From positions 1 through 57,193 of the forward strand of contig BTWA01000039.1 in assembly GCA_045863295.1 (NCBI GenBank): a stretch of 57,193 bases of DNA, written 5' to 3'. This document shows positions 27,807-37,230 of this stretch, one piece after another. The notes beneath the pieces are model-generated. The model was not told the DNA's origin, did no database searches, and worked only from the letters and a program-made list of their open reading frames with translations. Positions within the stretch are counted from its first letter, which is position 1; every line of letters starts with the position of its first letter. This stretch comes from Candidatus Hydrogenedentota bacterium (GTDB lineage Bacteria > Hydrogenedentota > Hydrogenedentia > Hydrogenedentales > SLHB01). The position numbers and the translations under genes were made by a program.

Positions 27807-28508
27807 TTAATTGCCGGGGGTTGAAGGAGGATTCGATTTGACGGCATCGTTAAGATGAATTTCCAGTCCATCGAAAGAAGTCGCTGCGTCTGCTTTTGTC
27901 CAGAGTCCCACGCCGCCCCCGTCTGCGATCGTACTGTCGTCGGCTTCCAAGACAAGCGCATCGTTGAAGTAGCATCGAATATGCGCTCCCTCATGCATGA
28001 TTCTCAGGGTATGCCACGCGCCGCTGGGCATGTCGATATCGGCGCTCTTCAACATTTCGCGTTTACCGCTTTTTACGTAATAGAGACGAATATTGTTTTC
28101 CAACGGGTTGGGCCGGCATATGTAGTAGTTGTCCTTGTCCCGCGCTCGCCAGATCAGACCTCCGCCCTGGTCGACCTTGCCTTCGTTGGCACGGAGCCGG
28201 ACGGAGATTTCGCCGTTCGTGAAACGTACCTTGTCGGTCCAGCAAAGGTTAAACGTTCCTCGTGACGAATGATTTGGCTTGGTGAGGGTCAAAAATTTGC
28301 TGGCGCCCGACGCTGACTTCTCTTCCTGCACTTCCCAGGTCGCAGGGGGGCCGTCCTGGTTTGTCCCTTCCACTTTCCATCCCTCTGGCAGTGCGCCGGT
28401 GGTCACATTCTCGAAGTCCCATCGCAGGGGTACGACAGGCTCCGCCGAATGGGCGGCCAAGGTTAGAAGCAGTCCCGCCAGTATCGTTATGAGATTCTTT
28501 GTAGCCAT
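27807..28508 (-). CDS. DUF1080/concanavalin-like exported protein
   Basis: Signal peptide, DQGGGLIWR..DNYY, WHTLRI, GGVGLWTKAD. Confidence 0.75.
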   Translation of the reverse strand: MATKNLITILAGLLLTLAAHSAEPVVPLRWDFENVTTGALPEGWKVEGTNQDGPPATWEVQEEKSASGASKFLTLTKPNHSSRGTFNLCWTDKVRFTNGEISVRLRANEGKVDQGGGLIWRARDKDNYYICRPNPLENNIRLYYVKSGKREMLKSADIDMPSGAWHTLRIMHEGAHIRCYFNDALVLEADDSTIADGGGVGLWTKADAATSFDGLEIHLNDAVKSNPPSTPGN

Positions 28509-28707
28509 TGTCGGTTCCTCCTTGCTGGGTCAATCCCAGTATGTTTTTGCGTTGCTCCGTCTAAGTAGCTGAACCCAAGAAGCCGGCAATTTGGCCCGCC
28601 GGTCCGCCGAAACTGTTGAGTCCGATATAGGCCCAGGTTCGGATCGCCTCGCCAAACCACGGCGCCCGGCGATTGGATTACCTGCCTCTTGCGGAACGTT
28701 GACGCAT

Positions 28708-29706
28708 TCAGGTGCTGATATTGTCATGGGGAACTTCCAGGCTGCTGAAATGGGCATACAACGCATCCAACACCGCCTCGCCCTGCCCAAGCCGCTCCGC
28801 ATCGGACGGGTGGGTATGTTTGAATCCTTGCAGAATCACGTCCAAGCCGGCGGCTTCACTACGCTGGAACTTCGCGTACTTGAGATCCAAGTCATGCACG
28901 ATCTCGGCGATTGACCGAAGCGCCGGATCGCTGAGAGAAAAAGCCTCCAGCAGCACTTCAAACGTGCAACAATCACCTACATGCGTAAACTCCGCCTCGT
29001 ACATGTCGAAACGGACCTCCCGCGCCAAGGGCTTGTAGCTAGTGGGGTCCACGAACTTGAAGTGGGCTTCCGCGTCAACGCGACGGCGAATCAGCCAAGC
29101 GCTTGCGATGCGGTCCACAAAGATATTGGATCGGGTAATCCAGGTCCGTCCCTGGTACTTGGCTGTGTCCGCTTTCTCGATGGTTTCCGGGGTGTCGTCG
29201 TCGGTGATGTCCTTGAGTGCAGATTCGATCTGCTGAAGCAGTGTTTCGCAGACGGAGTGGTTCGATGCGCCGAAAAAGTCAACTGCCGAGCATTCGTCGA
29301 ATGCGCTCCGGAGTTTGTTGAACTTTGACTTGAGCATTTGGCGGGCATCGGGATCCGCCGCTGCCGCCCGCGCGTCGCGCAGAACGTCCTTCATAGCCTC
29401 GGCGAGGTCTTCGTATTCTGCATCGCGCGCTTTGTTGAAAAGAAGGATCACATCGGAGTTGGTCAGGCCCTCAATCATATCCGCCGAGCAGAGGTATGCT
29501 TCGCCCCCGGCATCCTCAATCTCTTTCAGCAGCCAATGAAAATCCTCGACTTGGGCATCCCTGTTCGGCAGGGCGTAGACCGTGTTCTTTATGGCAATCG
29601 ATCCCAAACGCAGTAGACGCCGCCGAATCTTCACGCGAATGTAATCCGGCTTCGGTGGAAGCTGGTGAATAAGCAACAGCCAGTGTGGGCGAACGCCATT
29701 ATCCAT
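28708..29706 (-). CDS. chrB: Chromate-sensing regulator ChrB
   Basis: WLLLIHQLPPKP.Y.RVKI.RRL, WITR...VDRIASAWLIRR, FDM, FTHVGDCCTFE. GGAGGAG RBS before ATG at 29706. Confidence 0.9.
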   Translation of the reverse strand: MDNGVRPHWLLLIHQLPPKPDYIRVKIRRRLLRLGSIAIKNTVYALPNRDAQVEDFHWLLKEIEDAGGEAYLCSADMIEGLTNSDVILLFNKARDAEYEDLAEAMKDVLRDARAAAADPDARQMLKSKFNKLRSAFDECSAVDFFGASNHSVCETLLQQIESALKDITDDDTPETIEKADTAKYQGRTWITRSNIFVDRIASAWLIRRRVDAEAHFKFVDPTSYKPLAREVRFDMYEAEFTHVGDCCTFEVLLEAFSLSDPALRSIAEIVHDLDLKYAKFQRSEAAGLDVILQGFKHTHPSDAERLGQGEAVLDALYAHFSSLEVPHDNIST

Positions 29707-29839
29707 GAGCAGAGGGCTCCTCCCGATATGATACAGATGAATCATCGTCTGTTGCAACTGCATCTTTCGGAAATTTGCCTTCGGATGGCATGTATCACCC
29801 GTCTATCGCAACTCATTAGTTGACAATGTGATATACGCG

Positions 29840-30178
29840 GTGACTCCAGATGAGGAGCCGCGCGAGAACTAACCGATCAGTCCAATAGCGCTTGCATTGT
29901 CCTTTCGAAAGATGCTGGACGAAGGTACAGTCCGCGATCAGACCCACCTTGCGCAGAAATTGGGTCTGACTCGGGCTCGAGTCACCCAAATCCTGAACCT
30001 CCTCAAACTTCCAGCAGCGGTCATTACCGAACTGAGTGCCGCCAACGACTTTGTCGAGATCGCCTTCTTTACCGAGAGGCGTCTGCGTTCCATGACCAAG
30101 CTTACATCTGCACAAGAGCAGCTTGAGGCTTTCCAGGGCACGAAAACGGAACTCTTGGCACTCTCCGTTGCTCCGTAG
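29840..30178 (+). pseudogene. Relic of a mobile-element-associated ParB-like HTH protein
   Basis: QTHLAQKLGLTRARVTQILNLLKL; in-frame TAA at 29870-29872 cuts off the N-terminus. Confidence 0.55.
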
Positions 30179-30322
30179 TGGCGAGCTGCCTCGGGGCCGT
30201 AGCTCGTCCGTCCACGGGACAAACCCACCGCCAGCGGGATACCGGCGGACCCAGGTTAAGGCTCTCGTAGGATGTGAAATTGTAGCGCGTTCTTGTCAGA
30301 AAGTTCTGCTTCAGCGGCGCTC

Positions 30323-30480
30323 TCAGCAACCGACAAGCCCATTGAAAGCAACCAGAAGTGATGAACCTGTATCAGCAGCGATGGCCAAACAGAGCGTTAC
30401 GGCACCCACTAGTGGCATGGCAATGAACATCGATTCAACTCCAAGGGCAAAGCTGTAAATGACGCCCTGCAACAGCGTGT
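30323..30480 (-). pseudogene. C-terminal relic of a heavy-metal P1B ATPase (ZntA/CadA-like)
   Basis: FALGVESMFIAMPLVGAVTLCLAIAADTGSSLLVAFNGL resembles the terminal helices (AIAADxGxSLLVxxNGLRL). The rest of the gene is absent. Confidence 0.65.
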
Positions 30481-30601
30481 CGCTACTCGCGCATTTGTAG
30501 CATGAGTAGCAATTTCTGTCGGCTCGTGTCAGGGGCAATTTGAAATCTACACGTAAATGTGTATAATTATGGATAGAGGATGCGATCAAGCGAGGTGATG
30601 C

Positions 30602-31024
30602 ATGTTGCCCAAGACTTCAGAGTATGCCTTACGGGCCGTGGTGTGGCTGGCCCGCGAACCAGGGCGAACGGCTTCGGCCGACCTCCTGGCCGAGCGCACG
30701 AAGGTACCACGCCGCTATTTGCACAAGGTTTTGCAAGACTTGGTGGGTGGCGGGCTCGTGCGATCGCAGCCCGGTCCCGGCGGCGGCTACGCGTTGGCGC
30801 AACGGCCTGAGGATATCACGATCCTCGACGTGGTCAGTTCCGTGGCGCCGCTGGAGCGTATCCGCAGTTGCCCGCTTGGGCTGCCATCGCACACGAAGCT
30901 CTGCCCTCTCCACAGCGAATTGGACCAGGTCTACGCCGCGGCGGAACGTGCGCTGGGGCGCGTGACGATTGCGAAACTGCTCCGTTCGGCAAGCCCAATC
31001 GTTCCGTTGTGCGAGGTGATGTAG
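30602..31024 (+). CDS. Rrf2-family regulator
   Basis: [39 protein letters not shown]. Confidence 0.92.
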   Translation: MLPKTSEYALRAVVWLAREPGRTASADLLAERTKVPRRYLHKVLQDLVGGGLVRSQPGPGGGYALAQRPEDITILDVVSSVAPLERIRSCPLGLPSHTKLCPLHSELDQVYAAAERALGRVTIAKLLRSASPIVPLCEVM

Positions 31025-31056
31025 CTGCAACGCCAATTGAAAAAAGGAGAATCCCG

Positions 31057-31788
31057 ATGAGCACGATTTCCGTTCAAGACATAGTGGGAGAGATCATCAC
31101 ACGGCGCCCAATGCTTGCGCATGCGTTTGAAGCGGCCGGCATGGACTACTGCTGCGGCGGCAAAAAGACACTGGAGGAGGCGTGCCGGGAAAAAGGCGTT
31201 GATCCGCAGGCGTTTGCCGCCAAGCTGGAGCAGTCAGAGGCGGCGTCCGAGGGGGAGCCGCTCGTGGATGCGGCGGCCATGTCGCTCACGGAGTTGGCCG
31301 ACCACGTCGAGCACACGCACCATGCTTACCTCCGCTCGGAGTTGCCCCGGCTTGATGCGCTCACAGAGAAAGTGGCTTCTGTGCACGGAGGGGAAGACGC
31401 TCGCCTGCACGATGTTCGCAAGACGGTGCGTTCGCTGACAGCCGAAATGACCAGCCACATGATGAAGGAAGAGCAAATCCTGTTTCCCATGATCCGTCGG
31501 CTGGAAGCGAGCGATGCGCTTCCGAAGTTCCACTGCGGCTCGATCACCAATCCGATCCGGCAAATGGAGATGGAGCATCACGACGCAGGCGCGGCGCTCG
31601 AGCGAATGCGCACGCTGACTGATGACTATACCCCGCCTGACTGGGCTTGCAACACGTACCGGGTGATGCTCGACGCCCTGGCGCGCTTGGAATTCGACAT
31701 GCATCAGCACGTTCACAAGGAAGACAACGTGCTGTTCCCGAGGGCCGTCAAGGTCGAAGCCGATCTTGCCGAAAGGGCGAAGGTGTGA
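31057..31788 (+). CDS. ric: Iron-sulfur cluster repair di-iron protein (Ric/YtfE/ScdA)
   Basis: AGGAGA RBS; DYCCGG, HHAYLR, HMMKEEQILFP, EH, HVHKEDNVLFP. Confidence 0.93.
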   Translation: MSTISVQDIVGEIITRRPMLAHAFEAAGMDYCCGGKKTLEEACREKGVDPQAFAAKLEQSEAASEGEPLVDAAAMSLTELADHVEHTHHAYLRSELPRLDALTEKVASVHGGEDARLHDVRKTVRSLTAEMTSHMMKEEQILFPMIRRLEASDALPKFHCGSITNPIRQMEMEHHDAGAALERMRTLTDDYTPPDWACNTYRVMLDALARLEFDMHQHVHKEDNVLFPRAVKVEADLAERAKV

Positions 31789-32300
31789 TGGCCGTGAACG
31801 TGGGCGGCAAACCACTGGCCGATTTCAGCGAACCCATCGAGATGATGAAAGACTGCCATCGGCGTATCGAGCATTTTCTCGAAGTACTGCGAGAGGCCGA
31901 ACGGCGATTTCGCAAGAGCGATCTCAACGAGGAAGGACGTCACGCATTAGAGGCCTCGCTGAACTACTTCGCGAACTTCGCACCACGCCATACGGCTGAC
32001 GAGGAACAATCTCTGTTCCCACGGATGCGATGCTCCGGCAACCCGGACGCACGAGAGGTCATGGCCGATCTAGAACGCTTGGAAAACGACCATCGCGGTT
32101 GCGAGGAGCTCCATTCGCTCGTTGACCGCGTGGTGCGCAGTTGGCTCGAAACGGGTCGACTGGACGACGCTCAACGAGAGCGCCTCCGGGCGGCGCTTGA
32201 TGAACTGGAAAAGGCTTATGCGGCTCAAATTCAACTTGAGGAAGGCGAAGTCTTTGTGGTTGCAGTTCGCATTCTAGAGGCTATCCCAAAACCTGATTGA
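31788..32300 (+). pseudogene. Hemerythrin-domain protein, 3' end cut by IS5
   Basis: CHRRIEHF, HTADEEQSLFP, LENDH. The last codons (EAIPKPD*) come from the IS end after CTAG at 32274. Confidence 0.75.
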
Positions 32301-33108
32301 GCAACAAGAGAGCGCAACTCAAGTGCAGATATCCCTGGAAGAGTTTGGTGGATTTTTCTCATCGGATGCACAGGCGCCGGTAGTTCTGGAGCCACCCGAT
32401 GGTGCGTTCAACGGTCCATTGCCGCCCGTAGCGGCGCAGGGGACGTCCATCTTGGGTGCTGTTTTCGATCTTGCGATTGGATTTATGCAGGGCGATCATT
32501 TCGATACCCATTTCGGCCATGGCGTCGTCGAGCCTGTCGCTGTCGTAGGCCTTGTCCCCGATGATACGCTCCGGCGTTTCTTCAGTGAGCATGAAGTCGA
32601 AAAGTCCCTGAACCAGGGTGGATTCATGTGGGTTTGCAGACACGGTATCCACAGCCACCGGGAGACCACGCGCATCGACAAGAACCATTATTTTCACGCC
32701 TTTTCCGACGCGCGTGCAGCCAATGCCGTCGCCACCGCCCTTGGCCTTGCTGGAGGTACCGTCCACGAAACATTCATAGAGCCGATACGCTCCACGCTCT
32801 TCAACAAGCCGTCCTGCGTCACGCATGATTTGTTCGAACACCCCCTCGCTGACCCAATGCTGAAACCAGCGATGGACTGTACTCTTGGCGCCGAACTCGG
32901 CAGGAAGATCTTTCCACTTCGCGCCATTGTCCAGCATCCAGAAGATACCTTGAATGACCGTACGCTTGTTGGCCGTGGGCCGACCGCCAAGGGGATTGCG
33001 CGGCGGATCAGGAATCCGTTCGCACAACCAATCGAGTTGAGCATCGGTGAGTTTAAGCATAGCGCTAGTATACATAACTAGCGTTAAAATTAGGTTATGG
33101 GATAGCTT
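32278..33108 (-). mobile_element. IS5-family insertion sequence (~830 bp)
   Basis: 17-bp terminal inverted repeats AGGCTATCCCAAAACCT / AGGTTATGGGATAGCTT (15/17), flanked by CTAG at 32274-32277 and 33109-33112. Confidence 0.9.
32281..33060 (-). pseudogene. IS5-family transposase with a premature stop
   Basis: GAKWKDLP...STVHRWFQHW, VDGT, GDKAYDSD, WTVERTIGWL. TGA at 32359-32361, after which the frame continues EKSTKLFQGYLHL...VLG* to 32281. Confidence 0.85.
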
Positions 33109-33125
33109 CTAGGCGGATCGGCAAA

Positions 33126-33141
33126 GTCCGACAAACTGTTA
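33126..33141. repeat. 16-bp sequence, inverted copy of 56620-56635 (IS-end-like)
   Basis: GTCCGACAAACTGTTA. Confidence 0.7.
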
Positions 33142-34200
33142 ACCACCAATGTGATACATCTCGGCCTTTTCCGGGCGATGGGATCGACTGCAGCCCCGCT
33201 CTTCCGAGTAGCGATCCGTTCTTTGCACCCACAGACCCCGAAGCTGATCCACCAATAGCCCGTCGGTTACATCACCACGTAGGGAAGGACGGAGATCAAG
33301 TCCCCGAGCGGCGAAGAGGCAAGTGAAGAGGTGGCCATCGCAGGTTAGTCGCAGGCGGGAGCAGCCGCCGCAGAACGGCCGCGTGACGGATGCGATCACA
33401 CCGATCTCGCCCTGCCCGTCGGCATAACGATAGCGGCTGGCGACTTCGCCAGGATAGCTCGGTGCGACAGGCTCCAAGGGGAAGTACTCGTGAATACGGG
33501 CCATCACCTCGCGCGCGGGTACCACGCGATCCAGCTTCCACTGGTTCATGGTGCCCACATCCATAAACTCGATAAAGCGCAGCACAATACCGGTCCCACG
33601 AAAGTGGCGGGCCAGATCTACGATGCTCCCATCATTCATGCCGCGCTGCAGCACGGTGTTCACCTTGATTGATTCGAATCCCGCATCCCGCGCGGCCGCG
33701 ATGCCGTCGAGGACGAGATCAGGGTGTACGTCGCGCCCGCACATCTGGCGCAGCACGGTTGGATCGAGGCTATCTAGGCTGACCGTGATGCGATTCATGC
33801 CAGCATCCCTGAGGGGCCGTGCGTAGCGCGGCAGGAGTAGACCGTTTGTGGTGAGCGCGAGATCCTGGATGGTGGGAAGACCCGCCAGCATGGACACAAG
33901 TTGGTCGAGATTATGGCGCAGGAGGGGCTCGCCGCCGGTCAGGCGAATCTTATGCACGCCGAGGTCGGCCGCAATGCGTGCGATCCGTGCAATCTCCTCA
34001 AAGCTCAGCAGGGCCTCGCGCGGCTGGAAACAGTGATTTTCTGGATAGCTTTCGGCGGGCATGCAGTAGGCGCAGCGAAGATTGCAGCGGTCCGTGACGG
34101 AGATCCGGAGATCACGCAGGGGGCGGCCCAGGCGGTCCCGAACGACGCCATCCCGTGCCGCCCTGAGGGATTCTGGTGCTTCACGGGTCATGCAGGCCAT
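33139..34200 (-). CDS. moaA: GTP 3',8-cyclase MoaA
   Basis: LRISVTDRCNLRCAYC, RLTGGEP, FCGGCSRLRLT..G.LFTCLF, C-terminal IGG. Confidence 0.96.
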   Translation of the reverse strand: MACMTREAPESLRAARDGVVRDRLGRPLRDLRISVTDRCNLRCAYCMPAESYPENHCFQPREALLSFEEIARIARIAADLGVHKIRLTGGEPLLRHNLDQLVSMLAGLPTIQDLALTTNGLLLPRYARPLRDAGMNRITVSLDSLDPTVLRQMCGRDVHPDLVLDGIAAARDAGFESIKVNTVLQRGMNDGSIVDLARHFRGTGIVLRFIEFMDVGTMNQWKLDRVVPAREVMARIHEYFPLEPVAPSYPGEVASRYRYADGQGEIGVIASVTRPFCGGCSRLRLTCDGHLFTCLFAARGLDLRPSLRGDVTDGLLVDQLRGLWVQRTDRYSEERGCSRSHRPEKAEMYHIGG

Positions 34201-34210
34201 CTCGCGTCCT

Positions 34211-34558
34211 TCATGTGCGAGCTGCCTCGGCTTGCGCCCAGGCGACCAAGTCGTCCAAGGTCATGGAATCGAGCAGGCCTTCCTTTTTCTTGATGCCGAG
34301 ATCGTGGAGGCGCAGATGGAGCACCATGGGACGGCCGACTTTCGCGGAGACGCCTTCTCCGCACGCAATTGGACATCCGTCGATGATCCACACGGGCCGA
34401 CGCTCCGCCAGCTTCATGAAGACGGGCTTTTCCGCCCCCAGTCCGGCTAGGCAGGACATCTCGGCGATTCCGCGCCGGTCCAGTTCGAGGGCGAGTTGGT
34501 TGGCAAGCTGGCCGGCAGGCGAACAGCCCGAACAAGCAAAGACGACGGGCCTTAACAT
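34211..34558 (-). CDS. DGC-domain putative zinc-binding protein
   Basis: ACSGCS, MSCLAG, IDGCPIAC. Start uncertain. Confidence 0.75.
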   Translation of the reverse strand: MLRPVVFACSGCSPAGQLANQLALELDRRGIAEMSCLAGLGAEKPVFMKLAERRPVWIIDGCPIACGEGVSAKVGRPMVLHLRLHDLGIKKKEGLLDSMTLDDLVAWAQAEAART

Positions 34559-34731
34559 GGATTGCACTATTTGTACTCCTATTGGCAAATGCTCAAGAAA
34601 GCAACAGGGACCTTGTCGGGCATGTCCGCGAGTAATGCCACCACTGATTTTCGTCCATATGGGACAACTCATGAGTACGTGGATATGTCACATTCCCCTG
34701 CGGACATGGCCCGGTTATTCGGGGTGATAGG

Positions 34732-35883
34732 TCAGTTGAACCGGAGCGAAATCCGGCTATACCCGCCTGCCGGATGGCGTGCATATGCCGGTTGCTCTGC
34801 CGGATACGACTCGATGTTCCGGCACCGGTTAAGACACTCTTCCATAAACGTCAGCAATTCCAGGCGCGCGAGGGGAGCGCCTGGACATACATGAATACCG
34901 GCACCATAGAGGAGACTTAGGCGGCCATCGCGTTCCGGCATGATCTCGTCCGGCCGGTCGAATACCGATTCATCCCGGTTGGCGGCAGTCCACATGATAT
35001 TCAATTCGTCGCCCGCCTGAATCGGACAGCCGCCGATGGTTGAGTCGTATTTTGCTCGCCGTCGGTTGGACACAAGCGGTCCATGGGCGCGCAGAATCTC
35101 GTCGATAGCCGCCGGTAGTTTCTCGCGTTGGGCACGTAGCATGGCCTGGAGTCCGGGATGAACAGCCATGGCCTGAAGAACAATACCGACGGAGGCGGAA
35201 ATAGTGCCAATCTCACCTACAGTCCAATTTCGAAAAAGGCTCGTAAGTTCTTCGTCGTTCAAGGGACGCCCGTCCACACGCGCTTCCAGGAGCGTGTTCA
35301 TAACGCGGTTTCGGGCCGCTCTATTCTGGCGAAAACGGCGCAACAAGTCCGCCACCACGGCCTCGAACTGCGCCGCGAGCATCCTCAACATTGCCCGGTC
35401 GGCCGCTCGTGCCGCGGCCTGGTTGCGGCGCGTCCATTCCACTAGTAGCGATGCCAGCGCATCCGGCCAACCGAGAAACGCACACTGCGCCCGCCCCGCG
35501 AACGGATAAGCGATCTCGTCCATCACTTCGACCTTCTCCGCCCCTACCGCACCGACGATAAGTTCCTCCGCAATGGCCCGGCAAGGCGCTTCAATAGGCG
35601 CCAGGTACTCCCGGGAAAAGAGCGGCTCAATAAGACGGCGGAAAGGCGTGTGTGCGGGGGGATCCATTCCGTTGGGTACAGATAGGCGGGAAGACACCTC
35701 GTTGCTGAACGTTTCGTGATCCAGTAAGACGTTGGTAGTTTCGCGATGGCCAAGCACGTACCACTTACCGGGCCCGCCGTGCGCCACGGGACACAAGCGC
35801 CGCATGGCATCGCTTTCTTCGATGAGGTTGTCGGCATCTGGGTCGCTGTGGGGTTCCCACGCGGAATCAAACCTAGCTGTCAT
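34732..35883 (-). CDS. Cytochrome P450
   Basis: AGGAG RBS before ATG at 35883; MDPP.H, EILR, AANRD..VF, YGAGIHVCPG heme ligand. Confidence 0.92.
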   Translation of the reverse strand: MTARFDSAWEPHSDPDADNLIEESDAMRRLCPVAHGGPGKWYVLGHRETTNVLLDHETFSNEVSSRLSVPNGMDPPAHTPFRRLIEPLFSREYLAPIEAPCRAIAEELIVGAVGAEKVEVMDEIAYPFAGRAQCAFLGWPDALASLLVEWTRRNQAAARAADRAMLRMLAAQFEAVVADLLRRFRQNRAARNRVMNTLLEARVDGRPLNDEELTSLFRNWTVGEIGTISASVGIVLQAMAVHPGLQAMLRAQREKLPAAIDEILRAHGPLVSNRRRAKYDSTIGGCPIQAGDELNIMWTAANRDESVFDRPDEIMPERDGRLSLLYGAGIHVCPGAPLARLELLTFMEECLNRCRNIESYPAEQPAYARHPAGGYSRISLRFN

Positions 35884-35948
35884 GTATAATCTCCTGGCGA
35901 TTTGCTGCTTGCCGCTTCCGGTACCGTCCTGCACTTCGGGGCGACCAG

Positions 35949-37049
35949 TTACGGGGCGCGCGAAGGGGTCTGCCCGCAGAATACGGCGCCGATCGCGCGC
36001 ATGCGATTCAACACGCCTAGAAAGGCAGCGCCCCAGGCCAGGAAGGCAGCATAAATCGTAACAGTGGGAATTGCGTCCAAATGTGGCACGGGAATCAACG
36101 CGCTCAGACGCCACGAGCATGCCGTGTACATGCCCAGCGGGAAGACCATGCTCCAATAGGCGGGATCGTAGACAATGGGAACTCGCTGAGCCACATGCCG
36201 CCATACACCGAGAACAATGAGAAACGGAATCCACCATGTCGCCGTTGCCCAGAAGACGAGTGTCGCACCGGTAATAAACTCGCGCAGGCCCGCCAGGAGA
36301 GGCGACCTATCTGCGGCGGCCAGGAGCACGCACCCGCCGAGGGTGGAAATGGCCATGGCACCCATGTTTATCCAATACGGCGGCAGTACGTCTTCCCGCG
36401 CCATCGGAAAGAAGGAGTATCGATAAAAGATCAGCGAAATCAACCAGATATAGAGCATACCGGCTGCCAGCCACAAGTTCAGTGCAACAAAAAGTACAAA
36501 TTCGGACCAAGTGGCAAAATCATCGGCGAGCAGCGCGGCAAGGATCGCCACTGCCTGTGTCGCTACTACCAACACGAGCCACCCGCCATGGATACTGTGC
36601 GCGATATCCGGCTTGTTCGGCGAAAGCGTGAGGAATCCGAGCACGGCGTACAGTAAAGCACACCACAGCACAGCCCCCGCCGCCAAGAACACCATGGCAA
36701 TACTGTGCGACCCGAAGATGATCAGTGTCTGGTTCCCAAGAATGCAAGTACCCGCCACCAGCGTCATGAAGCCCACGGCGCGCCGCGGGTCTTGTAAATC
36801 ACCTAGTATCGCCCGCGGGAAATAAGCGACTCGAGCCGTATAGAGAATACAGAGCACGGCGGCAAAGACGTAGTTGCCCCCCCCCAGCACCCAGGCACAG
36901 CGTTCGAACCCAGTGAAGTGAGCTGCGATGGCCACGATACCCGTGGCCATCACCATCGCAAAATATGCGGGATGTAACGATCTGACTAACGCCGCGACTT
37001 GCTCTATGGGCGCGGCTCCGTGCTCGCTTGAGCGTTCCGTGGCAGTCAT
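35949..37049 (-). CDS. TDT/SLAC1-family anion transporter
   Basis: PAYFAMVMATGI, PPYWINMGAMAIS, WSMVFPLGMY; about 10 TM helices. Confidence 0.9.
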   Translation of the reverse strand: MTATERSSEHGAAPIEQVAALVRSLHPAYFAMVMATGIVAIAAHFTGFERCAWVLGGGNYVFAAVLCILYTARVAYFPRAILGDLQDPRRAVGFMTLVAGTCILGNQTLIIFGSHSIAMVFLAAGAVLWCALLYAVLGFLTLSPNKPDIAHSIHGGWLVLVVATQAVAILAALLADDFATWSEFVLFVALNLWLAAGMLYIWLISLIFYRYSFFPMAREDVLPPYWINMGAMAISTLGGCVLLAAADRSPLLAGLREFITGATLVFWATATWWIPFLIVLGVWRHVAQRVPIVYDPAYWSMVFPLGMYTACSWRLSALIPVPHLDAIPTVTIYAAFLAWGAAFLGVLNRMRAIGAVFCGQTPSRAP

Positions 37050-37230
37050 GTCTGTTCCTTCTTTACCTCGGCTAGACCGACTGGATCCGTGTTACCAGGC
37101 AATGTCCATCTATATGGCCAGTGTAACGTGACGTACCCTATGCATCCCCCCTTGGCGGCAAGACTTCGGGCTAGCGGGAATTCGCCATTTAACCTGATCG
37201 CTTTTCTGAATCCTCCACGATCAGGGTTAC

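Noticed and set aside
32359..32361. TGA recoding (selenocysteine or alternative genetic code) in the transposase
   Set aside because: TGA is the normal stop for many genes in this window; a nonsense mutation is simpler.
34679..34696. Possible fifth Rrf2 box (GTGGATA half-site)
   Set aside because: The right half does not match.
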